Assembly (NCBI GenBank): GCA_046582655.1
Contig: JAYGDX010000413.1
Span: 64,001-128,000, forward strand
Direction: 5' to 3'
Length of the DNA stretch: 64,000 bases
Source of the DNA: Candidatus Poribacteria bacterium
GTDB lineage: Bacteria; Poribacteria; WGA-4E; UBA9662
The notes beneath the pieces were generated by a model, which worked only from the letters and a program-made list of their open reading frames with translations, was not told where the DNA came from and did no database searches. How positions within the stretch are numbered: position 1 is the stretch's first letter; every line of letters begins with the position of its first letter. Positions 50,095 to 61,318 of this stretch are shown here, one piece after another. The translations under genes were made by a program, and so were the position numbers.

Positions 50095-51315
50095 ATGGAG
50101 GTTCGAGGTGTTCATAAATCGGAATTAGAAGAGACTATTAATCTCTATTGTCTGGTGTTCCGGCCGAATGGACATGCTCGATATTGGCAATATGTTGAGG
50201 GTGATTGCACCTATCAACTTGATCAGACCCGTGTTGTGGTTGTTAACAGGCGTATTGTTGCATCCCTCCGCATATGGGAGCGTCGGATGCGAATTGGTTC
50301 GTCTATCGTAGCGATGGGCGGTATCGGTGGCGTGTGTACCCATCCGGATTATCGTGGGTTGGGTTACGCAACTGTGCTGATGAAAAACGCCATTGAGTAC
50401 ATGCGGACAGCGAATTATGATGTTGGAGTGCTCTTTTCTATTATTCCCGGCAAGTTTTACGGTAAGCTTGGATGGACGCCTTTATCCTTAGAGGGTTTTC
50501 GAATTGTATCCCGTCGCATAGACGCCTTAAAAGATACAAATTGGAGGGTTGAAACGTTCAATGAGGGTCGGGATCTTAATCAGGTTGCTACACTCTATGA
50601 CGAGTATAACTTGTCTCATAGTGGAACTATTGTTCGACCTCGATCTTATTGGGATATGGCGCCATCCCATCTTAGAGATATTCTTCCTTCAGTAGTGGCA
50701 CGAAGTAGAGATACATTAGGTGGATATCTCAATTTTCAAATTGAAGGTAAGCAGGCCAAAGTGCTTGAAGTTGCATTTGATCGAGAGGATCCAACATCTT
50801 TATCTGCTCTAGTTGGTTATCTATTGGATATTTGTAATCAACAACAAATTAAAGCGATATGCGGCGAGATCCCTCGTCAGCACCCACTTGTTGATTTGAC
50901 GATTGAGGGCTGTGCTGGAGATCCATTTTTAACAGGTAATTCGTCTATGATGTTGTACGCTGTCAATCTTCCGGCCTTACTGAGAAAACTGTTACCAGAA
51001 TTGCAATCCAGAATTGACGCATCTGACCGTAAACTAGGACCAATTTCAATTTGTTTTGAAACCCATGATCAACAAGCCGTTCTACGTCTTCACGATTCAG
51101 GCACTCTGCAAATCTTCGACTTGGATGAAAAAGCTACTTGTGTGAAAATACCAGATCGATTCTTCTGGCGTATGTTGCTGGGTGAATCAGGTTGGGATCA
51201 GATTGAACCGACGCTCAAGGTCCATGGTCTATCCGTCACGCAGGAAATTTCCACTCTTTTTTCGATTCTGTTTACCCAACGAATGGTGGTTTTCTGGACG
51301 CCGGATCACTATTAG
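50095..51315 (+). CDS. GNAT N-acetyltransferase, Eis-like
   Basis: GIGGVCTHPDYRGLGYA acetyl-CoA motif, FYGKLGW, second GNAT module and SCP2-like tail; 406 aa. Confidence 0.8.
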   Translation: MEVRGVHKSELEETINLYCLVFRPNGHARYWQYVEGDCTYQLDQTRVVVVNRRIVASLRIWERRMRIGSSIVAMGGIGGVCTHPDYRGLGYATVLMKNAIEYMRTANYDVGVLFSIIPGKFYGKLGWTPLSLEGFRIVSRRIDALKDTNWRVETFNEGRDLNQVATLYDEYNLSHSGTIVRPRSYWDMAPSHLRDILPSVVARSRDTLGGYLNFQIEGKQAKVLEVAFDREDPTSLSALVGYLLDICNQQQIKAICGEIPRQHPLVDLTIEGCAGDPFLTGNSSMMLYAVNLPALLRKLLPELQSRIDASDRKLGPISICFETHDQQAVLRLHDSGTLQIFDLDEKATCVKIPDRFFWRMLLGESGWDQIEPTLKVHGLSVTQEISTLFSILFTQRMVVFWTPDHY

Positions 51316-52158
51316 TTAACTCAGAATATAGCGCAGTGGAAATTGTGACAGCCCCGCTGAGTTTGTCTATACCTAACTTAGATTTGCTAATACCACATAC
51401 CACTTAAGCAGATGAAATCAATGGAAATATATCGAACTGGCGCATAGTATTAAGTTTAGGTGAAACATTCACGGTTATACAAAACTCCGCTGACACAATA
51501 CACGACTCCATTGAGAATTAGCAAACATAAGAACGAACAATTTTGTAACGAGTCTAAAGGCCTTTGGCTACGCCATAGTATCTACTGACCATCCGCTATT
51601 AGTTCATTTTTGTGTGACTCGATGTTGTAGCTGAAGTTGCACCTACAAACGAATATGAATATGATGGCACCCCTCCACCGAATACGCTCGAGATGATAAA
51701 CAAAGAGTTAGAATATTGGCAAATTTTTAGTAACGATCCTTTAAAATACAGATAGATGGCAACTTGGATAATTTTATGGTAGCATTTCCGTGATCTAAAT
51801 ACTTGATCAGTCGTTATTTCATGCCACTTATCCTTTATATGCCCCCCTACAGTATTCTTAAACGAGAAAATCTGACCTTTATTGCAAGTGACCTAAATCT
51901 ACAGGTGGAAAATTTTGTTTAGGGTTTAGTTTTTCTCCAGCTCAAATTGACAGAGCAAGGCAGATCAATGCCAACAAGGAGTTCCATTTATCAATCTGTG
52001 GAAGTGTACGGATATAGATTGTTAGTCGTAAGTTCTTTACTTCGAACTATATTTGGTATCCGAAGTATGGTCTGAAAAACACAATTAATTATATCTTTCA
52101 GGATAGGAAATTAAGTTTCGGCTGATATGGTTTAACGAAACCACAGAAACAACCAGCA

Positions 52159-52584
52159 GTGAATGAAATAAATATAGAGCTAGAACCCGAAAAACAACGA
52201 CCGAGGCTGGTAATTTCATTTATCCGCTCTCAAATTTCTGCATCGTTCGGAAATGGATTGGATTTTGTACTCAGTTGCCTTTTTCACGCATTTGGGCAAC
52301 TGGCAGTAATTGCCACATTTTTCGGAGCCACGATAGGTGGGATAGTTCACTTTTTTATAGGCAGATTTTGGAGTTTTAGAGCCGACCATGTACCAATACG
52401 AGGACAGGCTGCTCGTTTCTTCATCATTTGTGTGAGCAGCATTAGTCTAAACATGTTGGGTGTTTACTTTGTTCACGACCTGTTACACGTGTATTTCCCA
52501 ATTGCGCGTTTAGGTGTATCTTTCTTTGTTGGGTTCTTTTTCAACTTTCCTGCGCAGCGGTGGTATGTCTTTAGATATAAATAA
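52159..52584 (+). CDS. GtrA family membrane protein
   Basis: Four TM helices, RFWSFR, QAARFF, FNFPAQRWYVF. Confidence 0.8.
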   Translation: MNEINIELEPEKQRPRLVISFIRSQISASFGNGLDFVLSCLFHAFGQLAVIATFFGATIGGIVHFFIGRFWSFRADHVPIRGQAARFFIICVSSISLNMLGVYFVHDLLHVYFPIARLGVSFFVGFFFNFPAQRWYVFRYK

Positions 52585-52668
52585 GCCAAGACAATCAACA
52601 AGAGGCAGAACCGCGATCAAGTCCGCTGTATGCCGTTATCACCGTTGTAAAAAAGCTCGATAACAAGA

Positions 52669-54357
52669 CTACTCGTCGGTAACGCATCCTTCAGACGCAG
52701 ACTTCACGTTTTTGATGTACTTATATAAAGTTCCCCGCTTGAACTTATACTCTGGTGCAACCCAGGCTTTACGACGATCTTCCAGTTCACTGTCGCTAAT
52801 ATGCAACCTGATTTCTTTGACCGCAATATCAATGGTAACCTGATCTCCATCCTCAACTAGGGCAATATTACCACCTACCTGGGCCTCTGGGGTAACATGC
52901 CCAACAATAAAACCATGCGATCCACCGGAAAAACGGCCATCGGTTAAAAGGGCTACATCTTTGCCTAAACCTGCTCCCATAATCGCTGATGTCGGCGTTA
53001 ACATTTCGGGCATTCCCGGTCCTCCCTTTGGCCCTTCGTAGCGAATTATAACGACGGATCCTTTGGAAATTTCGTTTCTCTCCAGCGCCTTCAACATCTC
53101 CTCCTCAGAATCGTAGACTTTGGCTATTCCGATAAAGCTTAAGCCTTCTTTCCCTGTTATTTTAGCCACCGCACCTTCTAGTGCTAGATTTCCTCTTAGA
53201 ATTTGGATGTGCCCACTTTCTTTTATTGGGTTTTCAAGTGGTAGAATTACATCTTGCCCTGTTTTTAATCCGGGAATATCCTTTAAATTTTCGGCTAGAG
53301 TTTTACCGGTAACGGTTAGGCAACTCCCATCAATAAGACCGTTTTCCAGCAGGTATTTCAAGACAGCAGGTGTTCCACCAACCTTGTGTAGATCTTCCAT
53401 AACGTAACGGCCACTCGGTTTTAGGTCAGCGATGAAGGGAACTTTGTCACTTACCACCTGAAAGTCATCGATGCTAAGTGATACATCTACAGCTTTGGCC
53501 ATGGCAACTAAGTGCAAAACAGCATTCGTGGAACCACCAAGTGCCATGATTAAGACCATAGCATTCTCAAAGGCAGCACGGGTCATGATATCTTTCGGCT
53601 TAATATCTTTTTCCAATAGGAGAAGGATAGCTCGACCTGCACGAAGGCATTCCTCTTCTTTCTCGACATCTTCCGCAGGGATGGAGGAACTGTAAGGAAG
53701 GCTCATCCCCATAGCTTCAATAGCCGAAGCCATAGTGTTTGCTGTATACATCCCTCCACAAGCACCGGCCCCCGGACAGGACTTCTCGACAATCGATTGT
53801 CGTTTCTCATCGCTGATGGAACTGGCAATGTATTGTCCATAACTCTGAAAAGCCGAAACGATATCTAGAGTATCGCCTTCCTCTGAACAACCCGGCTTGA
53901 TTGTACCACCATAAATCATCAAAGATGGTCGGTTCAAACGTCCCATGGCGATTAAACAACCTGGCATGTTTTTATCACAACCCGGCAAGGAAATATTGGC
54001 ATCGTACCATTGCGCACTCATAACTGTTTCTATCGAATCTGCGATAATATCTCTCGATTGTAGTGAAAAGCTCATTCCATCAGTTCCCATCGAAATCCCA
54101 TCACTAACACCAATGGTGTTAAAACGCATACCCACCAAACCAGCTTTTTCGACTCCTTCTTTTACCTTGGCAGCCAGACAATCGAGATGGATATTACAAG
54201 AATTGCCTTCATACCAATTACTTGAGATGCCAACTTGCGGTTTATCCATGTCTTCCCTAGTAAGACCGGTGGCGTACAACATCGCCTGACTCGCACCTTG
54301 GGATCTAGGCTGTGTGATTTTCAAACTATACTGATTTAAGACTCTTTTGGTTGCCAT
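52669..54357 (-). CDS. ilvD: Dihydroxy-acid dehydratase
   Basis: [59 protein letters not shown]. Confidence 0.97.
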   Translation of the reverse strand: MATKRVLNQYSLKITQPRSQGASQAMLYATGLTREDMDKPQVGISSNWYEGNSCNIHLDCLAAKVKEGVEKAGLVGMRFNTIGVSDGISMGTDGMSFSLQSRDIIADSIETVMSAQWYDANISLPGCDKNMPGCLIAMGRLNRPSLMIYGGTIKPGCSEEGDTLDIVSAFQSYGQYIASSISDEKRQSIVEKSCPGAGACGGMYTANTMASAIEAMGMSLPYSSSIPAEDVEKEEECLRAGRAILLLLEKDIKPKDIMTRAAFENAMVLIMALGGSTNAVLHLVAMAKAVDVSLSIDDFQVVSDKVPFIADLKPSGRYVMEDLHKVGGTPAVLKYLLENGLIDGSCLTVTGKTLAENLKDIPGLKTGQDVILPLENPIKESGHIQILRGNLALEGAVAKITGKEGLSFIGIAKVYDSEEEMLKALERNEISKGSVVIIRYEGPKGGPGMPEMLTPTSAIMGAGLGKDVALLTDGRFSGGSHGFIVGHVTPEAQVGGNIALVEDGDQVTIDIAVKEIRLHISDSELEDRRKAWVAPEYKFKRGTLYKYIKNVKSASEGCVTDE

Positions 54358-54588
54358 AGATACGATCCTTCACCTGATTAAAAATTGATAGAATGCCTAC
54401 ACTTACATCCTGTTATTACCAGGCCGCTACTATACATGACACACCTTAAATTTACAACCCAAAAGTTCGTGAGATACTTGCTATTACACAAGTTGAAAAC
54501 CCAGAAAAAATTGAGTTGTTACTGTCAATTCAATCTGATACAATCATTTCAGAATCATTATTATTTCGGCAGATCAGAGGAGGAATGG

Positions 54589-55623
54589 ATGAGAGGATAT
54601 ATTAAATTTTTCTGTTTTTTTCTGTTCAATTTTATTTTTATTGATTGGTTGTAGTAACCAGAAAAAGTCCAAGTCTGCAGATACAGAAACCAAGAGAATC
54701 AAGATTGGCCTTTCGATGGATTCGTTGCGCGTTGAACGATAGCAAAAGGATCGTGATACTTTCAGACCCGTGCCGAAAAACTTGGTGCTGAGGTCATTGT
54801 CCAATCGGCTAATGGCGATGCCAGGAAACAAAACGATCAAGCAGAAAACATGATTGCCCAAGGAGTTGATGTCTTGGTTGTCATCGCCAAAGACGGAGTT
54901 GCTGCCGCCCAAATCGTAGAATCAGCACATAAAGGAAGGCATCAAAGTTCTGGCTTATGATCGGTTGATCATGAACTGCGATGTCGATCTCTATATTTCG
55001 TTTGATAATGAAAAAGTAGGATTTCTACAGGCGGATTATATTGCCAAGAAAGTATCAAAAGGAAAGTACTTCTTACTCAGCGGTGCGCCAACAGATAATA
55101 ATGCCAGACTGCTTCGTGACGGTCAAATGCGTGCGCTTCAACCTTTGATCGATCAAGGCAATATTGCGATTGTAGCTCAGCAATGGGTAGAAGATTGGAG
55201 CCCGAGCGTCGCGCTGAACAAAACTGAGCAGGTTTTAACGCGTCAAAATAATCAGCTTGACGCGATTATTGCTTCAAACGATGGCACAGCTGGTGGTGCA
55301 ATTCAAGCACTTGAAACACAAAAGTTAGAAGGCAAGGTAGCACAGGTCAAGACGCTGACTTGGCAGCCTGTTAACGAATCGCTGCCGGCACACAATCTAT
55401 GACAGTGTATAAACCAATCAAACTGATCGCTAAGCGGGCAGCTGAGGCAGCAGTTGCCCTGGCTAAAGACGATTCAATTGCTGATGCGGTTCAGTTAGTC
55501 AACAACGACAAGATTGAGGTGACATCGATTTTGCTGACACCAATTCAGGTAGATAAGGATAACCTTGATGAAACCGTCATTAAAGATGGGTTCCATAACC
55601 GTGAGAAAATATACCGTCATTGA
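54589..55623 (+). pseudogene. xylF: D-xylose ABC transporter substrate-binding protein, pseudogene
   Basis: KIGLSMDSLRVER*QKDRD (TAG at 54740 where XylF has Trp), YISFDNEKVG, GAPTDNNA, ASNDGTAGGAIQAL, MTVYKPI spread over different frames; RBS GAGGAGG upstream. Confidence 0.85.
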
Positions 55624-55638
55624 GGAAAAACAAAAAAG

Positions 55639-56223
55639 TTAAGATTGAGGAGTTCCCACCTCGACAAAGATTTCTCCTTGTCTCAAAACTTTTGGCGGCG
55701 TTTTCAAAAGGTCAATTACGGTTGAAGATGTACCTGCGTTTGTTTCCCCACCATCAATTATTAAATCAACGAGACCACCCAGTTGCTGTTCTATCTGGGT
55801 TTTTGATGTAGCAGGTGTTTGGTTAGACTTATTGGCGCTGGTCGTCGCAATTGGACCAGCAAAACACCGTAACACTTCCAGTGCTATTGGGTGATTTGGC
55901 ATCCGAAGGCCAACAGTTTTCCCACCAGCGGTAATTTGAACTGGTAATCCTTTTGCTTCAACGATTAACGTTAATGCTCCAGGCCAAAATTGCTTAACCA
56001 GTTGAAAAAAGATCTTAGGCAGGTTCTGAGCAATATTTTCAACATCTTGACAGGATCCGACCAGAATTGGTATCGGCTTGTTTTCAGAACGGCCCTTAAT
56101 AGTGTAAAGCTTCTGAATGGCTTTGGGTTGAAATGGATCAACGCCGATTCCATAAACAGTATCGGTGGGAAAAGCAACCACACCGCCACTTCTCAGCGTG
56201 TCAGCGGCTTTTTCAATACTCAT
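55639..56223 (-). CDS. tsaC: L-threonylcarbamoyladenylate synthase (Sua5/YrdC family)
   Basis: VAFPTDTVYG, KGR..NKP, FWPGALT, TSAN.S, SSTVID. Confidence 0.93.
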   Translation of the reverse strand: MSIEKAADTLRSGGVVAFPTDTVYGIGVDPFQPKAIQKLYTIKGRSENKPIPILVGSCQDVENIAQNLPKIFFQLVKQFWPGALTLIVEAKGLPVQITAGGKTVGLRMPNHPIALEVLRCFAGPIATTSANKSNQTPATSKTQIEQQLGGLVDLIIDGGETNAGTSSTVIDLLKTPPKVLRQGEIFVEVGTPQS

Positions 56224-57227
56224 TGTCCTAGATCCGAATTTGCTGAGGCGTTAAGATCTAGTCCATCGCGTTGTCCCTGCTGATATTTTTGGTAGGCAAT
56301 TCCAGCAATCATGGCAGCATTGTCAGTACAAAGTTCAATAGGAGGGTAAAAAACGCGTATATCATTTTCATCAGCCGCGTTTCGTAAGTCATGCCGTAAC
56401 CGACTGTTAGCAGCCACACCTCCTGTTAGGTTAATTGATTTCACCTGATACTCCTGAGCTGACCGAATCGTTTTTTGAACTAATACGTCGACCACAGCGG
56501 CCTGAAAGCTGGCAGCGACGTCCTCTAACGGTGGTAAATTTCCTGCCTTTTTAGCTTTTTCCACAAAATAACGAACCGATGTTTTCAAACCACTGAAACT
56601 GAAATTGTAGTCATCACGATCGATCAACGGCCGTGGGAAGTCGATGGCTTTATCATTTCCTTCACCTGCCATATCATCGATGATCCGCCCACCTGGAAAT
56701 CCTAATCCCAGATATTGCGCAATCTTATCGTAAGCCTCGCCTGCGGCATCGTCAATTGTACTTCCAAGGACTTGATACGTCCAACCCCTATTAACGTTGA
56801 GAAGTAACGTATGTCCACCAGAGACAGTCAGGCAAATATGCGGAAATGTGAGCTCTTCATGTTGCATGAAATTGGCGTAGACGTGACCTTCAACATGGTT
56901 TATCCCAATAAGTGGCAGGTTATGACAAAAGGCAAGTGACTTTGCCGCTGATACACCGATAAGTAAGGCCCCAATCAGTCCTGGACGGTTGGTAACAGCA
57001 ATGGCCGACAGATCCTGAAACGAAACTTTCGCTTCAGCCAGCGCCTGATCTATGATGTAGTTGATGGATTCGATGTGTTTTCGCGACGCCAACTCAGGCA
57101 CGATACCACCATATTTTTTGTGCAGATCGAATTGGGATGAGATGACGTTAGACAAGATGCGTTTACCATCTTCGACAACGGCAACAGAGGTATCATCACA
57201 ACTCGTGTCAATGCCAAGAATCTTCAC
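56220..57227 (-). CDS. tsaD: tRNA N6-adenosine threonylcarbamoyltransferase
   Basis: GIDTSCDDT, GGIVPELASRKH, NHVEGH, VSGGHT, DDAAGEAYDK, CTDNAAMI. Confidence 0.97.
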   Translation of the reverse strand: MKILGIDTSCDDTSVAVVEDGKRILSNVISSQFDLHKKYGGIVPELASRKHIESINYIIDQALAEAKVSFQDLSAIAVTNRPGLIGALLIGVSAAKSLAFCHNLPLIGINHVEGHVYANFMQHEELTFPHICLTVSGGHTLLLNVNRGWTYQVLGSTIDDAAGEAYDKIAQYLGLGFPGGRIIDDMAGEGNDKAIDFPRPLIDRDDYNFSFSGLKTSVRYFVEKAKKAGNLPPLEDVAASFQAAVVDVLVQKTIRSAQEYQVKSINLTGGVAANSRLRHDLRNAADENDIRVFYPPIELCTDNAAMIAGIAYQKYQQGQRDGLDLNASANSDLGQ

Positions 57228-58996
57228 TGGAAAGTCTGCCCTGGCATCTGCAACATCATGGCACTTGCTATCGTATACAAATCTTTTAAATCAAGCAACG
57301 AAACGAAAAGCCGCAACTTTATTACGTTATTATCACTGAACACACTTGTACCAATGGAGTACGTTTGCGGCATATTGGCAAACATGACCGCCATCATTCC
57401 AATATTGGGACCACCACTCGGAGCCATTACCTTTATTACCTGATTTATGAGTGTCACCGGAGACAAGGCAAGTATCATATCCCCATTAGCATCCAGCTTA
57501 TCTATTATCCGAGTATACCCATCACTTCGATCAAAGCCGTTCTCAAACCCAAAGATTCTATCAATCATCGACTTGATTGAAGATGAGGTGCCTGCAGCCG
57601 AAGCAACTAAAAAACCATTGGCGATTCCATAGTAGTAATAATAGTCACTTGGCATCAGATTCTGTGATATCTCGTCAGGAACCAACGAGGTCATTAACAG
57701 GTTATTGTAGTTGAATCTTCTAATTTCAACGCCTTCATAGACTTCCACGACATTATCAACCCTAGCAATACCTGTTTCAGCCACACCGACTGCCTGCAAA
57801 AAAGCATCTAATTTTTGGAGTTGTTCTTCGAGAGACATGATTATTTTTCCCTCGTCGATAACTCTGAAGACGAATGTCTGATCTGGGATAACACTACCAC
57901 TAAAATTCATTGCCATGCCCACCTCGTCATCAACGAGATTTAGGAATTCTTCTACACTCTGATTAAGATCCTCAAACAATAGTTGAACGTCTGCAGTTGC
58001 CGGATTATCAGACTTCAATACGTTCATCTCAGCCAACTGTTTCATTCCAAAATTTGAGAGGTACTTATAAAGCTCCAGACCTACCCCTACATTTACACTG
58101 GATTGTTCTGGCAGGAACTTGAGGATTGCAGAAAAATCGTTTTTTGCTGAACTGAAGAGGTTTCCAATCTCACTGTCGGGCATAAGTTGCATGGCTGGAG
58201 TGACTACAAATTCTCCTGTATCATGTTGAACAGTCAAAGTTATCGACTGGATCTGATCAAAAAATCCGACAATTGAACTCACCATGCCCTGATCATCAGC
58301 AGTTAACGGCAATTGCATAATGGTGCCTAAGGATTCTACTAGTTCTGAGGATTCTGCGAGTAAAGGACGATCGATAAATCCAACCAGATCGTTGGAAGCA
58401 TCGTCTAAGTCGAGGTTGCTAGTAAAACTATGGTTCTCCAGAATTGAAGGTGTTTCTTTTTTGTAGACATCGATAGTTTTTTCGCAGACTTCCTGATGCT
58501 TAGAATATATCATCACATCATCTAAAAAAGAGAAATAAGCAGATTCATCTACGATTTTGACATAATTTACCCCGTTATAATCGATTTGCTGTGCTTCACC
58601 AGATTCAGCGTCAATCATCTGTTTAGCAGCATCTTGATCAGCGAGATGCACAACAGCTGAAAGCACAAGCTCAGTTTCGGAAGGAATTTGATGAATGTAG
58701 AGAACAAAATCCCGTTTCATATCAAATCCATCTCCCTCCAAATCCGCCAGACTTTCGAATCCAGCCTCAAACATGTCTGACAGCACACCAGCAACGTAGT
58801 CTCGATTGGGATCGGCTGGATTCATTTCAGCCATCAAGTCACTGATTTCCTGATTCAGATTCTTCAGTGACTGAGCGTAAATGAGGCCAATAGCGTCGTG
58901 CGGAACAATGCTAAGGACAGTATCAATTTTCGCGGCGGCGGAAATCGATATTAGCAGAGAGCTTGCTAGAGCGAGCATAGCGAATCGTTTCATCAT
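57224..58996 (-). CDS. Exported hypothetical protein (possibly DUF3352-like)
   Basis: 590-aa ORF with signal peptide; two similar halves (IVP.DA / FLP..S; DYNGV / VYEGV). Confidence 0.65.
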   Translation of the reverse strand: MMKRFAMLALASSLLISISAAAKIDTVLSIVPHDAIGLIYAQSLKNLNQEISDLMAEMNPADPNRDYVAGVLSDMFEAGFESLADLEGDGFDMKRDFVLYIHQIPSETELVLSAVVHLADQDAAKQMIDAESGEAQQIDYNGVNYVKIVDESAYFSFLDDVMIYSKHQEVCEKTIDVYKKETPSILENHSFTSNLDLDDASNDLVGFIDRPLLAESSELVESLGTIMQLPLTADDQGMVSSIVGFFDQIQSITLTVQHDTGEFVVTPAMQLMPDSEIGNLFSSAKNDFSAILKFLPEQSSVNVGVGLELYKYLSNFGMKQLAEMNVLKSDNPATADVQLLFEDLNQSVEEFLNLVDDEVGMAMNFSGSVIPDQTFVFRVIDEGKIIMSLEEQLQKLDAFLQAVGVAETGIARVDNVVEVYEGVEIRRFNYNNLLMTSLVPDEISQNLMPSDYYYYYGIANGFLVASAAGTSSSIKSMIDRIFGFENGFDRSDGYTRIIDKLDANGDMILALSPVTLINQVIKVMAPSGGPNIGMMAVMFANMPQTYSIGTSVFSDNNVIKLRLFVSLLDLKDLYTIASAMMLQMPGQTFQ

Positions 58997-59005
58997 AAAC
59001 TCCGA

Positions 59006-60094
59006 TTATTCTAAATTGTTTTTTACCTTGGACGAAAATATATCAATTTCTTGGTTTGATGTTAGTACGCCTATTTCGACTTCGTAGTGTCGACGACCTC
59101 CTGGCTCAAGGTAATCAAGCGTGCCACGTTGGCGCTCCTTTGTACGTCCATCGACCCAGCAATTTGCAGGTTCTAATCCAATAACGTATCCACGTTCATC
59201 CATCATTTTCCATTGAACAAACCTGGGAAGTTGTGTCTTATGATATTTCACATAGAGTCCGATACCGCGTCCGTTGCCAAAGGACCTGTTGACAATGGCA
59301 ACATAGACATGGTTATCCTGGTCAACTGCCATTTCGTGGTAGAAAACCTGTTCTGCGAAACCAGCGGTCGGAGGTGGGCATTTATTGTAGCTGTCTAAGC
59401 CTTCTTCAGCACGATCATCACGCGGAATGACTTTGGTCGAATTACTGATAAATTCTGATCCATCATCGACAATTGGAAATCCCACGTTAATGTGGAACAA
59501 GTACATCAAGGGGCTCTCTTTATAATCGACGTTTTCTATCACATCCTCAATGTTTAGTCTCGCCACTCCCAACTCAGTTGAAATACGTCGTGTTCGAAGA
59601 AGATGTGGCCCCAAAGCCTTTACTTCAGAGACTTTCCCCTGTACCCACATGGTATATCTATCTCCTTCCCATCGGCTATCAACCCATATGTTATCAGCTG
59701 GCAGGTAGGCGACTCGTCCGTGAAGTCCCAGTTTTTGTCCTTGATCTTCTTCTGGATCGCCAAGATACGTCATACCACATGTTGTTAACAAGCCGCCGGC
59801 AAAACCCCGCAGCCATTCTGATCCCTCCGAATCATAATATGCAGGTGCTGCATCCCCCGTGCCAGATCGCCAACACAAAGGTATCCCCTGGTATTCGGCA
59901 TAGGAAATGTCCATACCTCGATCGGGAAGAACAGTATAATTGAAGCCAGAACCTGTCTGAAAATCAACGGCTTGCACTCCTTTCTGCTTCCCAGTTGTTA
60001 GCTGGTACTGTTTAATTTCAGCTATTTGGGAAATGTCACCAACCCGCCGAAGCAGTTGAGATCTATCGTAATCCTTTTGATATAATTTAATCAG
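59006..60094 (-). CDS. Aldose 1-epimerase-like protein (DUF4432 family); start extended to non-canonical CTG (60094) or ATT (60091)
   Basis: VLPDRGMDI, GGLLTTCG, LHGR, H.NVGFP, GLEP.N; frame stays open 39 codons above the track start (LLRRVGDISQI) up to a GGAGGT RBS. Confidence 0.8.
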   Translation of the reverse strand: MIKLYQKDYDRSQLLRRVGDISQIAEIKQYQLTTGKQKGVQAVDFQTGSGFNYTVLPDRGMDISYAEYQGIPLCWRSGTGDAAPAYYDSEGSEWLRGFAGGLLTTCGMTYLGDPEEDQGQKLGLHGRVAYLPADNIWVDSRWEGDRYTMWVQGKVSEVKALGPHLLRTRRISTELGVARLNIEDVIENVDYKESPLMYLFHINVGFPIVDDGSEFISNSTKVIPRDDRAEEGLDSYNKCPPPTAGFAEQVFYHEMAVDQDNHVYVAIVNRSFGNGRGIGLYVKYHKTQLPRFVQWKMMDERGYVIGLEPANCWVDGRTKERQRGTLDYLEPGGRRHYEVEIGVLTSNQEIDIFSSKVKNNLE

Positions 60095-60183
60095 TTACCT
60101 CCCCTGATCCTTGGGACATTATAATCATATTATAGCATGCAATCAGCTAATGGATCAATCGTTGTAGATTGTTAGGAACACAC

Positions 60184-61317
60184 TCAAAATCTGACTGTCG
60201 AGGCGAAAGAATGAACAGCTTGATCCAACGGTTGATCCCGAAAACATTTTTGCAGTGAGTACTCCCATCTTGACCCGCCTAAACCAAGACTTAAACCGAA
60301 TGAAAATATGCCGACACCATTGATTCGACTCAGGCCATTTCGCAAGGCAATGTTTCCGGAAAACCCACGTTGCCATGACTGCACTAGTTCCCAACCAAAA
60401 GCAAAATCCACCCCATGGTGCCCTGGCACGCGCCACAGATCTAGTCCAGTAGTTAACCACTGAAAAACTTTGGTATTTGCACCAATACCAATTATTGTTG
60501 GCAAACGTTCCACGAGCTTACGTTGCAGTAGATTTTGTATAACCACGCCAGTTAAAACCTTACGAGCTCCCATCAGATCAATATTGAAATAGTGCTGATA
60601 ACCAAGATCGAAGTCGAATTTGGATATCTCCAAATCCTGACTGACTTCATCAAATTGATCAATATATTGCCCCAGATTTGCCAGATCCAAGCTGTCGATA
60701 ATAGCTGGGATTAGCGCTCGAGGATCATTGACATTAATGTCGCTGGCGTGTTGAGCATCTAAGTTCAAACCCATCAGCACCTGACCTCTTTTCGCATGTT
60801 GACTAATTCGATTTAAGCGAAATCCAAACTGTGATTGATCCAGTTTTCGACTGAATCCAACATACCATCCGAATTGCAAAAGTTGGTTGTATTCAGTAAC
60901 TGAAAGTGTCTTGGCTAGAAATCTTTGTTCATCAACCAAGTACTGAGATCTAGTATTTTCCAGTGAAAACGTGGCCTTATTTTTTAGTTTTGATAGGTAC
61001 CCAACGCTAAATCCTAAATTATGAAAAGATCGGGAATATGTGATTGATGGACTTAAATCCAAGGTTAGTTGATCCGAGAATTGTAGTTCTGGAATCGCAG
61101 GCAACGGGATATAGCGAAAATTAGAGACCGTGACCGCGGCAGACAAATTGTTTTTCTCGACATCAATTAGTCCAGCTGGATTGCCGAAGATCGAGGCATC
61201 TGAAGCATTTGTGGCAATCCTGACACCGCCCATTCCAACAATCCTTAGATTTTCATTTGCCGAGATGGGATAACAGGTGAAAAAGAGAACGAACAGTAAG
61301 ATTTTGAGGCGTCTCAA
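60184..61317 (-). CDS. Putative outer-membrane beta-barrel protein (PorV/FadL/TraF-like)
   Basis: Signal peptide, R.VGMGG...A..IFGNPAGL N-terminus, alternating beta strands, terminal Phe. Confidence 0.6.
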   Translation of the reverse strand: MRRLKILLFVLFFTCYPISANENLRIVGMGGVRIATNASDASIFGNPAGLIDVEKNNLSAAVTVSNFRYIPLPAIPELQFSDQLTLDLSPSITYSRSFHNLGFSVGYLSKLKNKATFSLENTRSQYLVDEQRFLAKTLSVTEYNQLLQFGWYVGFSRKLDQSQFGFRLNRISQHAKRGQVLMGLNLDAQHASDINVNDPRALIPAIIDSLDLANLGQYIDQFDEVSQDLEISKFDFDLGYQHYFNIDLMGARKVLTGVVIQNLLQRKLVERLPTIIGIGANTKVFQWLTTGLDLWRVPGHHGVDFAFGWELVQSWQRGFSGNIALRNGLSRINGVGIFSFGLSLGLGGSRWEYSLQKCFRDQPLDQAVHSFASTVRF

Positions 61318-61318
61318 A

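Noticed and set aside
52585..52668. attC-like imperfect palindrome after gtrA (caac...ggca...gcg / cgc...tgcc gtt)
   Set aside because: R boxes do not fit RYYYAAC/GTTRRRY, there is a single copy, and no integron integrase is present
54385..54912. ORFs 54385..54654 (+) and 54574..54912 (-) as real genes
   Set aside because: They overlap the promoter region and the frameshifted 5' part of the xylF pseudogene
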